Positions 20,707 to 30,211 of a stretch of DNA of 64,000 nt are shown one piece after another; positions within the stretch are counted from its first letter, which is position 1, and every line of letters begins with the position of its first letter. A program made the translations under genes and the position numbers. The notes beneath the pieces are model-generated. The model saw only the letters and a list, made by a program, of their open reading frames with translations. It had not been told where the DNA came from and ran no database searches. The DNA is from an uncultured delta proteobacterium (GTDB taxonomy: Bacteria > Desulfobacterota > Binatia > DP-6): contig CAWFFN010000008.1 of the NCBI GenBank assembly GCA_963815115.1, forward strand, positions 192,001 through 256,000. Reading direction: 5' to 3'.

Positions 20707-22199
20707 GACCGGCGGGGGACCTGGCGCGCCGCGTCCTCGGCGCCGACCTGCGGGCGCTCGCCGTCCTGCGCATCGGACTCGGCATGGCCGTCCTCGCCGA
20801 TCTCGCCGTGCGGGCCGGCGACCTGTACGCCTTCTACACCGACGCCGGCGTCCTCTCGCGCAGCGATGCGCTCGTCCTGTTCGGCTGGCTGCACGCGTGG
20901 CCGCTCTGCGTCCACATGGCCGGCGGCAGCTCCTGGAGCCAGGCGCTGCTTTTCCTCGTCGCAGCGGCCGCGGCGGCGGCGCTCGTCGTCGGCTGGCGCA
21001 CGCGGCTCGCGACCGCCGTCACGTGGCTCCTCACGATGTCGGTGCAGCTGCGCAACCCCTTCGTCGGTGCCGGCTACGACCAGCTGCTCCGCATGCTGCT
21101 CTTCTGGGGCTGCTTCCTGCCGCTGGGCGCCCGCATGTCGGTCGACGCGATCCGCCGGCCCGCGTCCACGACCGCCTGCCTGTCGGTGGGCACGGTCGCG
21201 CTCCTGGCGCAGGTCGTCATCGTCTACGCCAGCGCCGGCATCGCCAAATGGGTCCAGCCCGCCTGGCACGACGGGAGCGCGCTGCTCTCCATCCTCGACG
21301 ACGACTTCCGCGTGACCGCGAGTGGCCTGCTGCTCGCGCGTGCGCCGGATCTGGCGCGGAGCCTCGGACGGGCCGTGCCCGTCCTCGAGATCGGCGGCGC
21401 GACGCTGCTGCTGGCGCCGAGCGCCCTCGTGCGAACGGCGACCGTGGCCATGCTCTGCGCGATGAACGTGCTGTTCGGGCTCTGCCTCGACATCGGATTC
21501 TTCCCGTGGGTGGCATCCATCGCGCTCCTCGGGCTCCTGCCGTCCTGGGTCTGGGAGCGACCCGTGGTCGAGCGGTGGGTCGTGCAGCCGATCGACCGCG
21601 CCGCGGCGTGGGGTGCGCGCCGGCTTCCGGCCGGCGCGCCGCGGCCGGTGCGGCGTGTGGCCGTGCTCGAGGCGGTGTGCGCCGTCTTCCTCGCCTACGT
21701 CGCCGTCTGGAGCGTCGGAGTCGCGCGCGATTCGGCGTACCGCCCGCGACCCGGAATCGGATGGCTGGGGAGCACGTTCTTCCTGCAGCAGGACTGGCGG
21801 ATGTTCTCGGTGCCGCCGACGCGGAGCGGCTGGATCGTCATCCCGGGCCGATTGACCGATGGTCGCGAGGTCGACCTGCTGCACGCCGGAGGTCCCGCGC
21901 CCCGCGCGGACGCCAGGAGCGTGACGCCGGTCGCCTGGGAGAAGCCGGCCGTGCCATCGCGCCTCTACCGGAACGATCGCTGGCGCCTCTTTCTCGCGCG
22001 ATCCGTCCACGGCCCGGGCACGGAGGAGTGGCTCCGGCACTACGGCCGCTACCTCTGCCGCGAGTGGAATGCGGCCCCGGCCGGCGTGCCCCAGCTCGAA
22101 AGCTTCCAGATCGTCTTCATGGTCGCGCCGGTGCCCGCGCCGGCGGGCTCCCGCGTCCACCGGCGCGAGATCGCCTGGACCCATCGCTGCCTCGAATGA
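20685..22199 (+). CDS. HTTM-domain membrane protein
   Basis: DLRALAVLRIGLG, LVVGWRTR, QLRNP, PLGARMSVD, GIAK...WHDG, QDWRMFS. Confidence 0.88.
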   Translation: MVPEAALRPAGDLARRVLGADLRALAVLRIGLGMAVLADLAVRAGDLYAFYTDAGVLSRSDALVLFGWLHAWPLCVHMAGGSSWSQALLFLVAAAAAAALVVGWRTRLATAVTWLLTMSVQLRNPFVGAGYDQLLRMLLFWGCFLPLGARMSVDAIRRPASTTACLSVGTVALLAQVVIVYASAGIAKWVQPAWHDGSALLSILDDDFRVTASGLLLARAPDLARSLGRAVPVLEIGGATLLLAPSALVRTATVAMLCAMNVLFGLCLDIGFFPWVASIALLGLLPSWVWERPVVERWVVQPIDRAAAWGARRLPAGAPRPVRRVAVLEAVCAVFLAYVAVWSVGVARDSAYRPRPGIGWLGSTFFLQQDWRMFSVPPTRSGWIVIPGRLTDGREVDLLHAGGPAPRADARSVTPVAWEKPAVPSRLYRNDRWRLFLARSVHGPGTEEWLRHYGRYLCREWNAAPAGVPQLESFQIVFMVAPVPAPAGSRVHRREIAWTHRCLE

Positions 22200-22307
22200 C
22201 GCGAGCCCGAATTTTCTTGACCCTCACACTGCAGACTGGTAGCCCAGCGCAGCCTGTCGGCTGTGGCCCGCGGGTCTCCGGTGCAGAGTCGATCTTTGGA
22301 GGTGTCG

Positions 22308-24422
22308 ATGAGCGCTTCTAAAACTGCCATCGGGCTCGCGTTCTTGCTCGCCGTCTTGCCACGGCCGGCGGGCGCCATCCCGAGCGGGGACGCCAAGTGC
22401 CGCAAGAGTCTCGGCGCCGGCGTGAAGAACGCGATGAACGTGGTGCTGAAGGAGCAGCAGAACTGCTTCAAGTCCGTGATGGCGGGGCGGCTCGCCGGCG
22501 TGAACTGCGATGACGTCCACGACCCCGCCTTCCCCGGTGCGCTCAAGGTCCAGACGGCCGCGAACAAGGCGGTCAAGCTCGCCGCCAGCGGCTGCGCGCT
22601 CGCATCGACCCCGCAGACCAACGGCTACGTGTTCTGCCCGTCGCCGTGCGGCGCGATCTCGATCTCGGGCTACGCCGACGTCGCGAACTGCCTCGTGTGT
22701 CTGACCGAGTCCGAGTCGAGCATCGCGGACAACAGCGCCTACGGGACGCCGCCGCCGGCGCTCTCGAGCGACGATCAGCGGTGTCAGATCCGCGTCGGGC
22801 AGGCGCTCCGCAAGTACGGCCTCGTGCGCGCGAAGGCCCAGCAGACGTGCCAGTACTCGGAGGACATCTCGCCGCTCGGCACGAACTGCCGCATCGCCGA
22901 TCCCAAGGGCACCGTCGCGAAGGCGGTCATCAAGCTGAAGCTGTCGATCGCGAGGTGCGCCGACGCGGATCTCGCCGGCCTCACGAGCTGCGCGACCAAC
23001 GTCAACGGCGAGCAGAGCTGCATCCAGGGTGCAACCGAGCTGATGGTCGACGACCTGTTCGCCGACGTCTACACGCCGGCCGGGACGAGCGCCGTCTTCG
23101 TCTCGTCGAACACCGGGTCGCCCGGCGGCACGGGAACGATCGCCGATCCCGTCGATACGATCACCGGCGGCCTCAGCGTCGCGATCGGCAGCGGCGCGGC
23201 CAACGTCTTCATCGACGGCGGCGCCTACAGCGAGTCGCTGTCGCTCGTGAGCGGGATCAACCTGGTCGGCGGGTTCAACTCCGCCGGCGGCTGGATCCAG
23301 GACGGCTCCGCCACGACCGTCTTCGGCGGCACGACGGGCATCCTCGGCGCGCTCGTGGCCGACGTCGTCGTGGATGGGCTCACCGTGCACTCGGCCGGGA
23401 ACGGCTCCACGGGCGGCAGCTCGTACGGCATCCGGCTGGTCGGGTCGACGAACGTCATGATCAAGGGCGGGACGATCGTCGCCGGCAGCGGCGGCCCCGG
23501 CGCGAACGGCGGCAACGGCGGCAACGGCTTCGCCGGCGGTGGTGGCGGCAACGGCGGCAACGGCTGCGAGGACTCGTCCATCTTCTGCGACAGCTGCGCG
23601 CGACCCGGCGGCGGGAGCAGCGGCCCCGGCGCCATCTGCAACGGCGGCACCGGCGGTGGTGGGGGCGGCGGCGGACTGTCCGGGAAGGACACGTCGTCGG
23701 GCAACCCCGGTGGCGGCGGCGGCAACGGATCGGGAGCGGCGGGCTCGAGCGCGGGCGGCTCGGGCGGCTCGGGCGGCGGCGCCAGCAGCATCGGCTTCCA
23801 CGGCAACGTCGGCTCCCCCGGCAACGCAGGCTCCGACGGGTCCGGCGGCGCCGACTTCGGCGGCGGGGTGAGCACGTACGCGCCGGCCGGCGGCGGCGGC
23901 GGCGGCAACGGCTCGGCCGGTGGCGGTGGCGGCGGTGGCGGCGGTGGCGGCGGCGGCAGCTCGGTCTGTGACAGCTGGGGCGGCGGCGGCGCCGGTGGCG
24001 GCGGTGGCGGGTGCGGCGGCGGTGGCGCCAGCGCCGGGACCGGCGGGGGCGGCTCGTTCGGGATCTGGATCGACGGCGGCAATTCGACCGTCGTCGGCGT
24101 CACCATCCAGACCGGCACCGGCGGCACCGGCGGCAGCGGCGGCGCGGGCGGCACCGGCGGCGGCGGGGGCGGCGGCGGCGCGGGCGGCGGCGGCGAGGAC
24201 GACTCCGGCGCCGGCGCGGGCGGTCGAAACGGCGGGAACGGTGGCCGCGGCGGACACGGCGGTGGTGGCGGTGGCGGTCCGTCGATCGGGATCGCGTGCG
24301 TCAGCGGCGGAACCGCCGCGACGAGCTCGAACGTGTTCACGATCGGCGCCTCGGGCTCGGGCGGCAGCTCGCCGGCGAGTCCGGGCGCGACGGGTCGCAA
24401 CGCGAACACGTCGGGCTGCTGA
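22308..24422 (+). CDS. Secreted protein: Cys-rich helical domain, DUF1565-like beta region, PGRS-like Gly-rich region
   Basis: GGAGG RBS, signal peptide, GTIADPVDTI, YSESLSL..GINLVGGF, long GGxG runs. Confidence 0.85.
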   Translation: MSASKTAIGLAFLLAVLPRPAGAIPSGDAKCRKSLGAGVKNAMNVVLKEQQNCFKSVMAGRLAGVNCDDVHDPAFPGALKVQTAANKAVKLAASGCALASTPQTNGYVFCPSPCGAISISGYADVANCLVCLTESESSIADNSAYGTPPPALSSDDQRCQIRVGQALRKYGLVRAKAQQTCQYSEDISPLGTNCRIADPKGTVAKAVIKLKLSIARCADADLAGLTSCATNVNGEQSCIQGATELMVDDLFADVYTPAGTSAVFVSSNTGSPGGTGTIADPVDTITGGLSVAIGSGAANVFIDGGAYSESLSLVSGINLVGGFNSAGGWIQDGSATTVFGGTTGILGALVADVVVDGLTVHSAGNGSTGGSSYGIRLVGSTNVMIKGGTIVAGSGGPGANGGNGGNGFAGGGGGNGGNGCEDSSIFCDSCARPGGGSSGPGAICNGGTGGGGGGGGLSGKDTSSGNPGGGGGNGSGAAGSSAGGSGGSGGGASSIGFHGNVGSPGNAGSDGSGGADFGGGVSTYAPAGGGGGGNGSAGGGGGGGGGGGGGSSVCDSWGGGGAGGGGGGCGGGGASAGTGGGGSFGIWIDGGNSTVVGVTIQTGTGGTGGSGGAGGTGGGGGGGGAGGGGEDDSGAGAGGRNGGNGGRGGHGGGGGGGPSIGIACVSGGTAATSSNVFTIGASGSGGSSPASPGATGRNANTSGC

Positions 24423-24436
24423 CGACGGAATCCCGG

Positions 24437-27036
24437 ATGGACCGCATGACGCGACGGCGCACCGTGTCGCTCGTACTGGTCCTGGTGGCGGGCGGGCTCG
24501 CGACGGCCGACGCCACCGTCCTCACGTGCCGGAAGAGCGCCGGCTCGAAGGCGGCGGCGCTCTACAAGTCGGTCGCCAAGACGTACGCGAGCTGCGCGCG
24601 GTCGCTCGCGGGGGGGAAGACCTGCGACAAGGGCGTGCGCGACGCCCGCGCGTCGGTGGCCCTGTCGAAGGCACGCTCCGCGGTGCTCGGCGTCTGCGAT
24701 GCGACGACGGCCGCCGGCCTCGGCTTCGCCAGCAACGGCGATCTCTCGGTCCGCCTCGCGGGGACGGCGGCGGGAGAAGGCCGCCAGGCCACGGACGGCG
24801 CCTACGGCCGCGACGCGACGGTGATGACCGATACGCTCGCGCGCTGCGCCAAGGTGCTCGCCACGCGATCCGCCAAGGCCGGCTCGTTGCTCGTGAAGAC
24901 GCTCACGCCGTGCGTCACGACCTGCCCGCCCGCGACGACCGCGAAGGTCGATGCCGCGTTCGCGAAGGCCGCCACCTCGGTGAGCCGTTCCTGCGCGCCT
25001 GCCGATCTGATCACGCTCGCCGGCACCGATCTCACGACGTACCTGGCGACCGTCCGCACCGGCGCGGAGCGGGTCGTCAACGCCTTCCATCCCGGCTTCA
25101 ATCCCGCGCTGAGCGTCGTCTCGCCGACGCCGTCGACGATCCTCTCGCCCGGCTCGCTGCCGACGACCGTCGACGTCGTGTCGCTCGTGGGCGCCATTCC
25201 ACACGCCGGCTACGTCATCGACGTCAGCGTGGCGGGCCTCGTGTCGAGCTTCGACACGGCCACCAACCACTTCACCCGCACCATCTCGGTGCCGACGCCG
25301 GCGGTGCCCGCCCTGAAGGCGACCGTGCCCGTCTCGCTCAAGTCGCACACGACCCTCGGCACGATCTCGACGACGGCGAACCTCCACTTCAACCTGGCGA
25401 GCCTCGCCCCGTCGGTCGTGATCGACACGCCCACCAGCGGAACGATCACGCCGTCGGGCTCGGTCACGGTCTCCGGGCAGGTGCTCGGCAACCTGCCCCA
25501 GGCCGACGTCCTGACGGTCGGCGGGACCGCCGCGTCGTTCAATCCCGCCACGGGCGCGTTCTCGACGTCGGTGGCGCTCGGCCACGCGGTCAACGTCATC
25601 GAAGCCACCGTGCAGTCGATCGGGCTCGGCACGTCCGACACCGACTCGGTCGTCGTCCTGAAGGGCGCCGCGCTCGGGCTCGGCACGCGCGTCCCGACCG
25701 GCAACTTCAACCGACTCAACAACTCGGGCTTCGTCCACGTGCAGAGCGTCATCCAGAGCAAGCTCGACCCGGCGTTCGACCCCTCGCAGTTCGTGGGCAT
25801 GTCCTTCGGCGGGCACGAGGTCCTCGGGTTCTCCACCGGCGCCAAGTCGGCGACCGTCGCGGGCGGTGGCGCGCACACGGTCGCGACGACCATCTCGATC
25901 AGCAACCTCCACCTCGACGCCGACGCCGGCAGCGGCTGCACCGTGCACTACGATGCCGCGAACGTCACCATCAACGCACCGGCCGACCTGCTCCCCGACG
26001 CGATGGGCGACCTCTCCGCCAGCGTCGACCCGATGAACGTGCAGGTCACCTTCACGGGCGATTCCGCCTCGGTGTCGGGGGGATCCTCTGCTCCATCGGC
26101 TCGTTCTTCACGGATGCCCGCGCCGAGATCCGCGCGGCGCTCCAGCCGGGCATCGCCGGCCGCATGCAGGACGCCTTCTCGTCCGCGCTCGCCCAGATCG
26201 ACGTCGGCGGCCCGATCGGCCAGGGGCTCGATGCGACGATCGACGCGATCTACGACGACATCGTCGAGGACTCGCAGGGCGTCACGTTCATCGTCGACTC
26301 GAACATCACCGCGAACAGCCCGATTCCCGATGCCCCCCCGATCACCCAGACGCTGAACCCGACGCCGGCGGGACCGCCGGTCCTCGGGCCGACCATCCCC
26401 TCGACGGCGACGCCGTACGACCTCGGGTTCTGCCTCACCGACGCCTTCGTGAACCGCGCGATGGCGGCCTTCATGCTCCAGGGGCAGTTCAACCTGTCCG
26501 TGACGCAGGTCCCGGTCGGGATGACCAACGTCTCGCTCACGACGGCGCTCGTGTCGGCGCTGCTCGGGGACCCGACCTACGATACCGCGTGCCCGAACTG
26601 CCCCGTCACCCTCGTGCTGAAGCCGAGCGCCGCGGCGGTCGCCCGCGGGCCGCTGGGAGGCGAGACCGGAACGGTCGTCCTGACGGTTCCCAACTACCAC
26701 CTCGACGCCGTCGCCGAGCAGGGCGGCGTGCCGCTCGCGCTCATCAGCGCCAACGTCACCTTCGACCTGCCCGTGACGCTCAACGTCTCCGGCGCGCAGA
26801 TCGCGCCCGTGGTCGGGGCCATCGACCTCACCAACGTCCGGGTGACGGACGATCCGATCGGCGCGGACCCGACCAAGTTCGCCACCGGCGTGACCACGCT
26901 GTTCCCGCTCGCCGCGCAGGCGCTCGGCGGCCTCTTCGCCGCCATTCCCCTGCCGTCGTTCGAGGGCCTCTCGGTCGCGGGCGTGGGCTCGAGCTACAAC
27001 GTCGGCTGCGCGGCGATCTATCTGAACCTGAACTGA
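24437..27036 (+). CDS. Secreted protein: Cys-rich domain, Ig-like domains, putative lipid-binding tubular domain; frameshift in a G run at ~26080
   Basis: First frame to ...SASVSGG, second frame continues ILCSIGSFF...AIYLNLN*; one extra G joins them. Confidence 0.8.
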
Positions 27037-27058
27037 GCTGAGCCGTGCCGTGCCCGCC

Positions 27059-27445
27059 TCACTCCTCGGTCGCGGCGATCAACCACTGGCTCTCCAGCCC
27101 CGCCGCCCGGTGCGTCCCGATCTCCTGCACGTGCGGATCCGTCGCGATCGCCACGAAGGCCTGCCGTGAGGGGTATTCCACGAGCCCGATCATGTGGAAC
27201 CCCTCCCCGCCCGTGCCGATGACCTGTGAATCCACCCGCCCCACCCACAGGAACCGCCCGCCCTTCGACTCGACGAACGCCCGCATCGCCTCCGCGTAGC
27301 GCCGGTACGCCTCCTCTCCCGACACTCCCTCGTCCGCCCCGTCCGCGCGGCGCTTGAAGCGCAGGAGGTTCACCATCACCACCGGCCGGTCCGCGGGACC
27401 GGCCAGCAGGGTTTCGATCTGCTGCGGGGTCGGGTAGAGCGCCAT
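27059..27445 (-). CDS. DUF1330-family protein
   Basis: PVVMVNLLRFK, SGEEAYRRY, LVEYPSRQAF, HRAAGL. Confidence 0.88.
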   Translation of the reverse strand: MALYPTPQQIETLLAGPADRPVVMVNLLRFKRRADGADEGVSGEEAYRRYAEAMRAFVESKGGRFLWVGRVDSQVIGTGGEGFHMIGLVEYPSRQAFVAIATDPHVQEIGTHRAAGLESQWLIAATEE

Positions 27446-27499
27446 CGCAGTCCTCCCTGCATTCGGATCGTGGCATTCGCGACGTCGCGCTTGGGCATT

Positions 27500-27913
27500 T
27501 CACTCCAGAGCCCGAGGAGCGTGCAGGGTTATCGGGAGTACTCGCGCATAGTGCTGGAAGTCGCCGTCAGTCGTCAGAATGCCAAGCCCGCGTCTGTGCC
27601 CGATCGCGCACAGGAGGAAATCCGCGTTTGATCCCTGGATCCCGCGTGATCGGCATAGGTTGTAGAAACTGGCCGCATCTTCGTAGTCGGCTGTGCTGAG
27701 GGGGAGGTCCGGGAACGCCCGAAAGCGCTCGCGAAGGAGTTCGAACTGCTCGCGCGCTCTCACGCCCGACAGCAGCTCCTGGCGGATCGGACCGATCACG
27801 GCGGCACGCCCCTCGCCGATCAACTCCTGCAGCTCACGGCGGAAGGGACTGTCCTGTTCTTTCTTCCGGCGCAGCGCGAGCGACCATACCGGCGTGTCGA
27901 CCAGGATGTTCAC
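27500..27913 (-). CDS. vapC: PIN-domain toxin
   Basis: ILVDTPVWSL, QELLSG, DFLLCA, TTDGDF acidic motif set. Confidence 0.92.
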   Translation of the reverse strand: MNILVDTPVWSLALRRKKEQDSPFRRELQELIGEGRAAVIGPIRQELLSGVRAREQFELLRERFRAFPDLPLSTADYEDAASFYNLCRSRGIQGSNADFLLCAIGHRRGLGILTTDGDFQHYARVLPITLHAPRALE

Positions 27914-28110
27914 GAACGGCGGCGTTGTTTCTTGTAGTCCCAGTGCGGATCGAACTCGATCGTGCCGAACAGATCGAGGATCTTCGACTGGCGCCTGCGC
28001 TGGACGTATTCCTGCAGCGCTTGGGTGACCGTCTCCTTCTTCGTCCGGTGGCCACCGATGGCGCGCGCCTCTTCGAGGAGCCGGTCGTCGATCGCCAGAT
28101 TCGTCGGCAT
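27910..28110 (-). CDS. vapB: VapB-type antitoxin
   Basis: MPTNLAIDDRLLEEA...TKKETVTQALQEY; 4-nt overlap with the PIN gene. Confidence 0.92.
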   Translation of the reverse strand: MPTNLAIDDRLLEEARAIGGHRTKKETVTQALQEYVQRRRQSKILDLFGTIEFDPHWDYKKQRRRS

Positions 28111-28179
28111 GCGCATACTCTCACACAGGTCGGTGTGTAGCACAACCCATCCCGAGTCATGGCATCAGCAACGACACCA

Positions 28180-28324
28180 TGTGCATGGCCTTCCCCCCAC
28201 GAGCCACGCCGACGGTCCGGGCGCATTGCATCGCGGCGGAAACTGGTGTGGCGGCGGAGTCTTCACGCTGTTCGACTTCCTCCCGTCGCAGGTGAGGGTG
28301 GACTCGGGGTTCCGCTGTGTCTCA
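28180..28324 (+). pseudogene. C-terminal fragment of an FGE-sulfatase-like domain
   Basis: RGGNW...GFRC motif ending at the repeat; no N-terminus. Confidence 0.45.
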
Positions 28325-28366
28325 CTTCGGAGCTCCCTTTGGCGCGCGGGGATTGCGTCGGATAAG
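28325..28366 (+). repeat. Dispersed hairpin repeat copy A, left half (interrupted by IS110)
   Basis: CTTCGGAGCTCCCTTTGGCGCGCGGGGATTGCGTCGGATAAG, identical in copies B, C and D. Confidence 0.95.
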
Positions 28367-28408
28367 TTGCTCATGGCCCCTGCGGCCCCACCCTGGCGCA
28401 CGAAACCG

Positions 28409-28417
28409 TGGTACGCT
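28409..28417 (+). promoter_or_regulatory. Candidate extended -10 promoter for the IS110 ncRNA/transposase
   Basis: TGnTACGCT just upstream of the structured region. Confidence 0.4.
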
Positions 28418-28423
28418 GGAACG

Positions 28424-28586
28424 CCACGGCGGCGGAGAGCTCGGGAAATGGAGTGGTGCCTCCGAGCCCGTCGATAAGTTTGAGCCAGGGACCTTGCGAG
28501 CACCCCGGACGGTCGCCACGGCGACGTCGCTGTCGCCAGAGCACGCGTCCCAGGCTTCGATGACGCGGGTCCCGCGCCGCCGTCGC
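28424..28586 (+). ncRNA. Candidate IS110 bridge (seek) RNA
   Basis: Non-coding left end closed by a 9-bp stem ACGGCGGCG (28426-34)/CGCCGCCGT (28575-83); contains matches to target and donor junctions. Confidence 0.65.
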
Positions 28587-28603
28587 AGAAGGAGGGCCAC
28601 ACG

Positions 28604-29830
28604 ATGGAGGTGTTGCCTGCCCGCTGTGCCGGCCGCGACGTGCATCAAGCGACGGTCGTCGCCTGCGTGCGACGCGCCACGCGGAAGGCGGTGCGCCGGG
28701 AGACCCGGGAGTTCGGGACGTGCACGCGGGACCTGCTCGCGCTCGGGGACTGGCTGCGCACGCACGAGGTCACCCACGTCGTGATGGAGTCGACCGGGGT
28801 GTACTGGAAGCCCGTCTGGCACGTCCTGGCCGGGTCCGTCGAACTCGTCCTCGCCCATGCGACCGCGGTGCGCAACGTGCCTGGGCGCAAGAGCGCCGTC
28901 CGCGATGCGGCGTGGTTGGCGGATCTGCTCGCGCATGGCCTGATCCGGCCGAGCTTCGTGCCCGCCGCGGCGACGCAGGAGCTCCGGGGGCTCACGCGGA
29001 CCCGGACGCAACTCGTGCGCGAGCATACCCGGCACGCGCAGCGCGTCCACAAGGTCTTGGAGGACGCCAACCTCAAGCTCGCCACCGTGTTGGCGGACGT
29101 GTTCGGCAGCGCGGGGCGCGCGATCCTGGCGGCACTGGTGGACGGGGAGACGGACCCGGCGCGCCTGGCCGCGCTGGTCACCACCCGGGTCCAGGCCCCG
29201 CGGGCCGCGCTGACCGCGGCGCTGCACGGGACGGTCACCGACTACCATCGGTTCGAGTGGCGCCTCCACCTCGAGCGCATGGCCCAGCTCGATCACGCCA
29301 TCGCGGAGGTCGAAGAGCGCATCACCCATGCGCGCGCCCCCTTTGCGCTCGTCGTCGAGCGGCTCACGACCATCCCCGGGATCAGCCCGACGACGGCGCA
29401 TATCCTGCGCGCCGAGATCGGCCGCGACATGACGCGGTTTGCCACGGCTGGGCACCTGGTGGCGTGGGCCGGCCTCTGCCCCCGCCTCGACGAGAGCGCC
29501 GGCAAGCGCCGCTCTGTCCGCGTCCGCAAGGGCGGCCGGTGGCTCAAGACCGCGCTCGTCCAAGCGGCCTGGGCCGCCATCAAGGTGAAGGACTCCTACG
29601 TCCAGGCGCAGTACGTGCGCCTCAAGGCGCGGCGCGGGCCGAAGCAAGCCATCATCGCGGTGGCCGCCTCGATGCTCGTGGCCGCCTACCACATGCTGCG
29701 CGACGCGACCAACTACTGCGACCTCGGCGCTCACTACTTCGACCGCCGCGACACGCGCCGCGTCGCCGCCCGCCTCGTGCGCCGCCTCACCCAACTCGGC
29801 TACGCCGTCGAACTGCGGCCCGCCGCTTGA
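28604..29830 (+). CDS. IS110-family transposase/recombinase (third DEDD Asp replaced by Ala)
   Basis: DVHQ, MESTGVYWKP, GRKSAVRDA, TIPGI, WAGLCP..ESAGK, AIIAVA; AAGGAGG RBS. Confidence 0.96.
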   Translation: MEVLPARCAGRDVHQATVVACVRRATRKAVRRETREFGTCTRDLLALGDWLRTHEVTHVVMESTGVYWKPVWHVLAGSVELVLAHATAVRNVPGRKSAVRDAAWLADLLAHGLIRPSFVPAAATQELRGLTRTRTQLVREHTRHAQRVHKVLEDANLKLATVLADVFGSAGRAILAALVDGETDPARLAALVTTRVQAPRAALTAALHGTVTDYHRFEWRLHLERMAQLDHAIAEVEERITHARAPFALVVERLTTIPGISPTTAHILRAEIGRDMTRFATAGHLVAWAGLCPRLDESAGKRRSVRVRKGGRWLKTALVQAAWAAIKVKDSYVQAQYVRLKARRGPKQAIIAVAASMLVAAYHMLRDATNYCDLGAHYFDRRDTRRVAARLVRRLTQLGYAVELRPAA

Positions 29831-29855
29831 GGTGTGCCGATCAGTTTCGTACCAG

Positions 29856-29904
29856 GCCTTTTCCGTCACCTTTCACGAAAAGGGCGTTCATGGCGCCTAT
29901 GTCC
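29856..29904 (+). repeat. Dispersed hairpin repeat copy A, right half
   Basis: GCCTTTTCCGTCACCTTTCACGAAAAGGGCGTTCATGGCGCC, identical in B and D. Confidence 0.95.
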
Positions 29905-30211
29905 TGATCGTCGGGGCGGCGTATGCGATGCCCTCGGGCTCGATGCCGGCGTGCTCGCCGCCGCCGTGCGGGCGCGGTCGCCCGCGTGATCACGCCCGGC
30001 GTCACTCGTCGGCAAACACATCTGGTTCCTTCCGCCAATCGTCCAAACTGATCCTGAAATCGGGCGGAAATTTTCTGAGACGGCGGTGCTCACCGGCCTT
30101 CTTCAGTCGCGCATTCTCGTCCCATGCCCGCCTGTCCGACCCAACCCGCTGACTGCTGAATAGAGCGTCCGGGCGGGGGAGCACCAAGATGCAGAAGCAG
30201 GCCCGCGCGGG

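Larger units (their letters stand above)
28367..29855 (+). mobile_element. IS110-family element, 1489 bp, duplicated AG core, no obvious terminal inverted repeats
   Basis: Removing 28367-29855 restores GGATAAGGCCTTTTCC exactly as in empty copies B and D. Confidence 0.93.

Noticed and set aside
23880-24280. GGC-rich tandem repeats as a DNA-level repeat element
   Set aside because: Explained by glycine codons of the Gly-rich protein.
29827-29855. Junction-formed promoter TTGAGG-N17-TACCAG in the IS110 right end
   Set aside because: The -10 lacks the conserved final T and lies wholly within the right end, so it is too weak to call.
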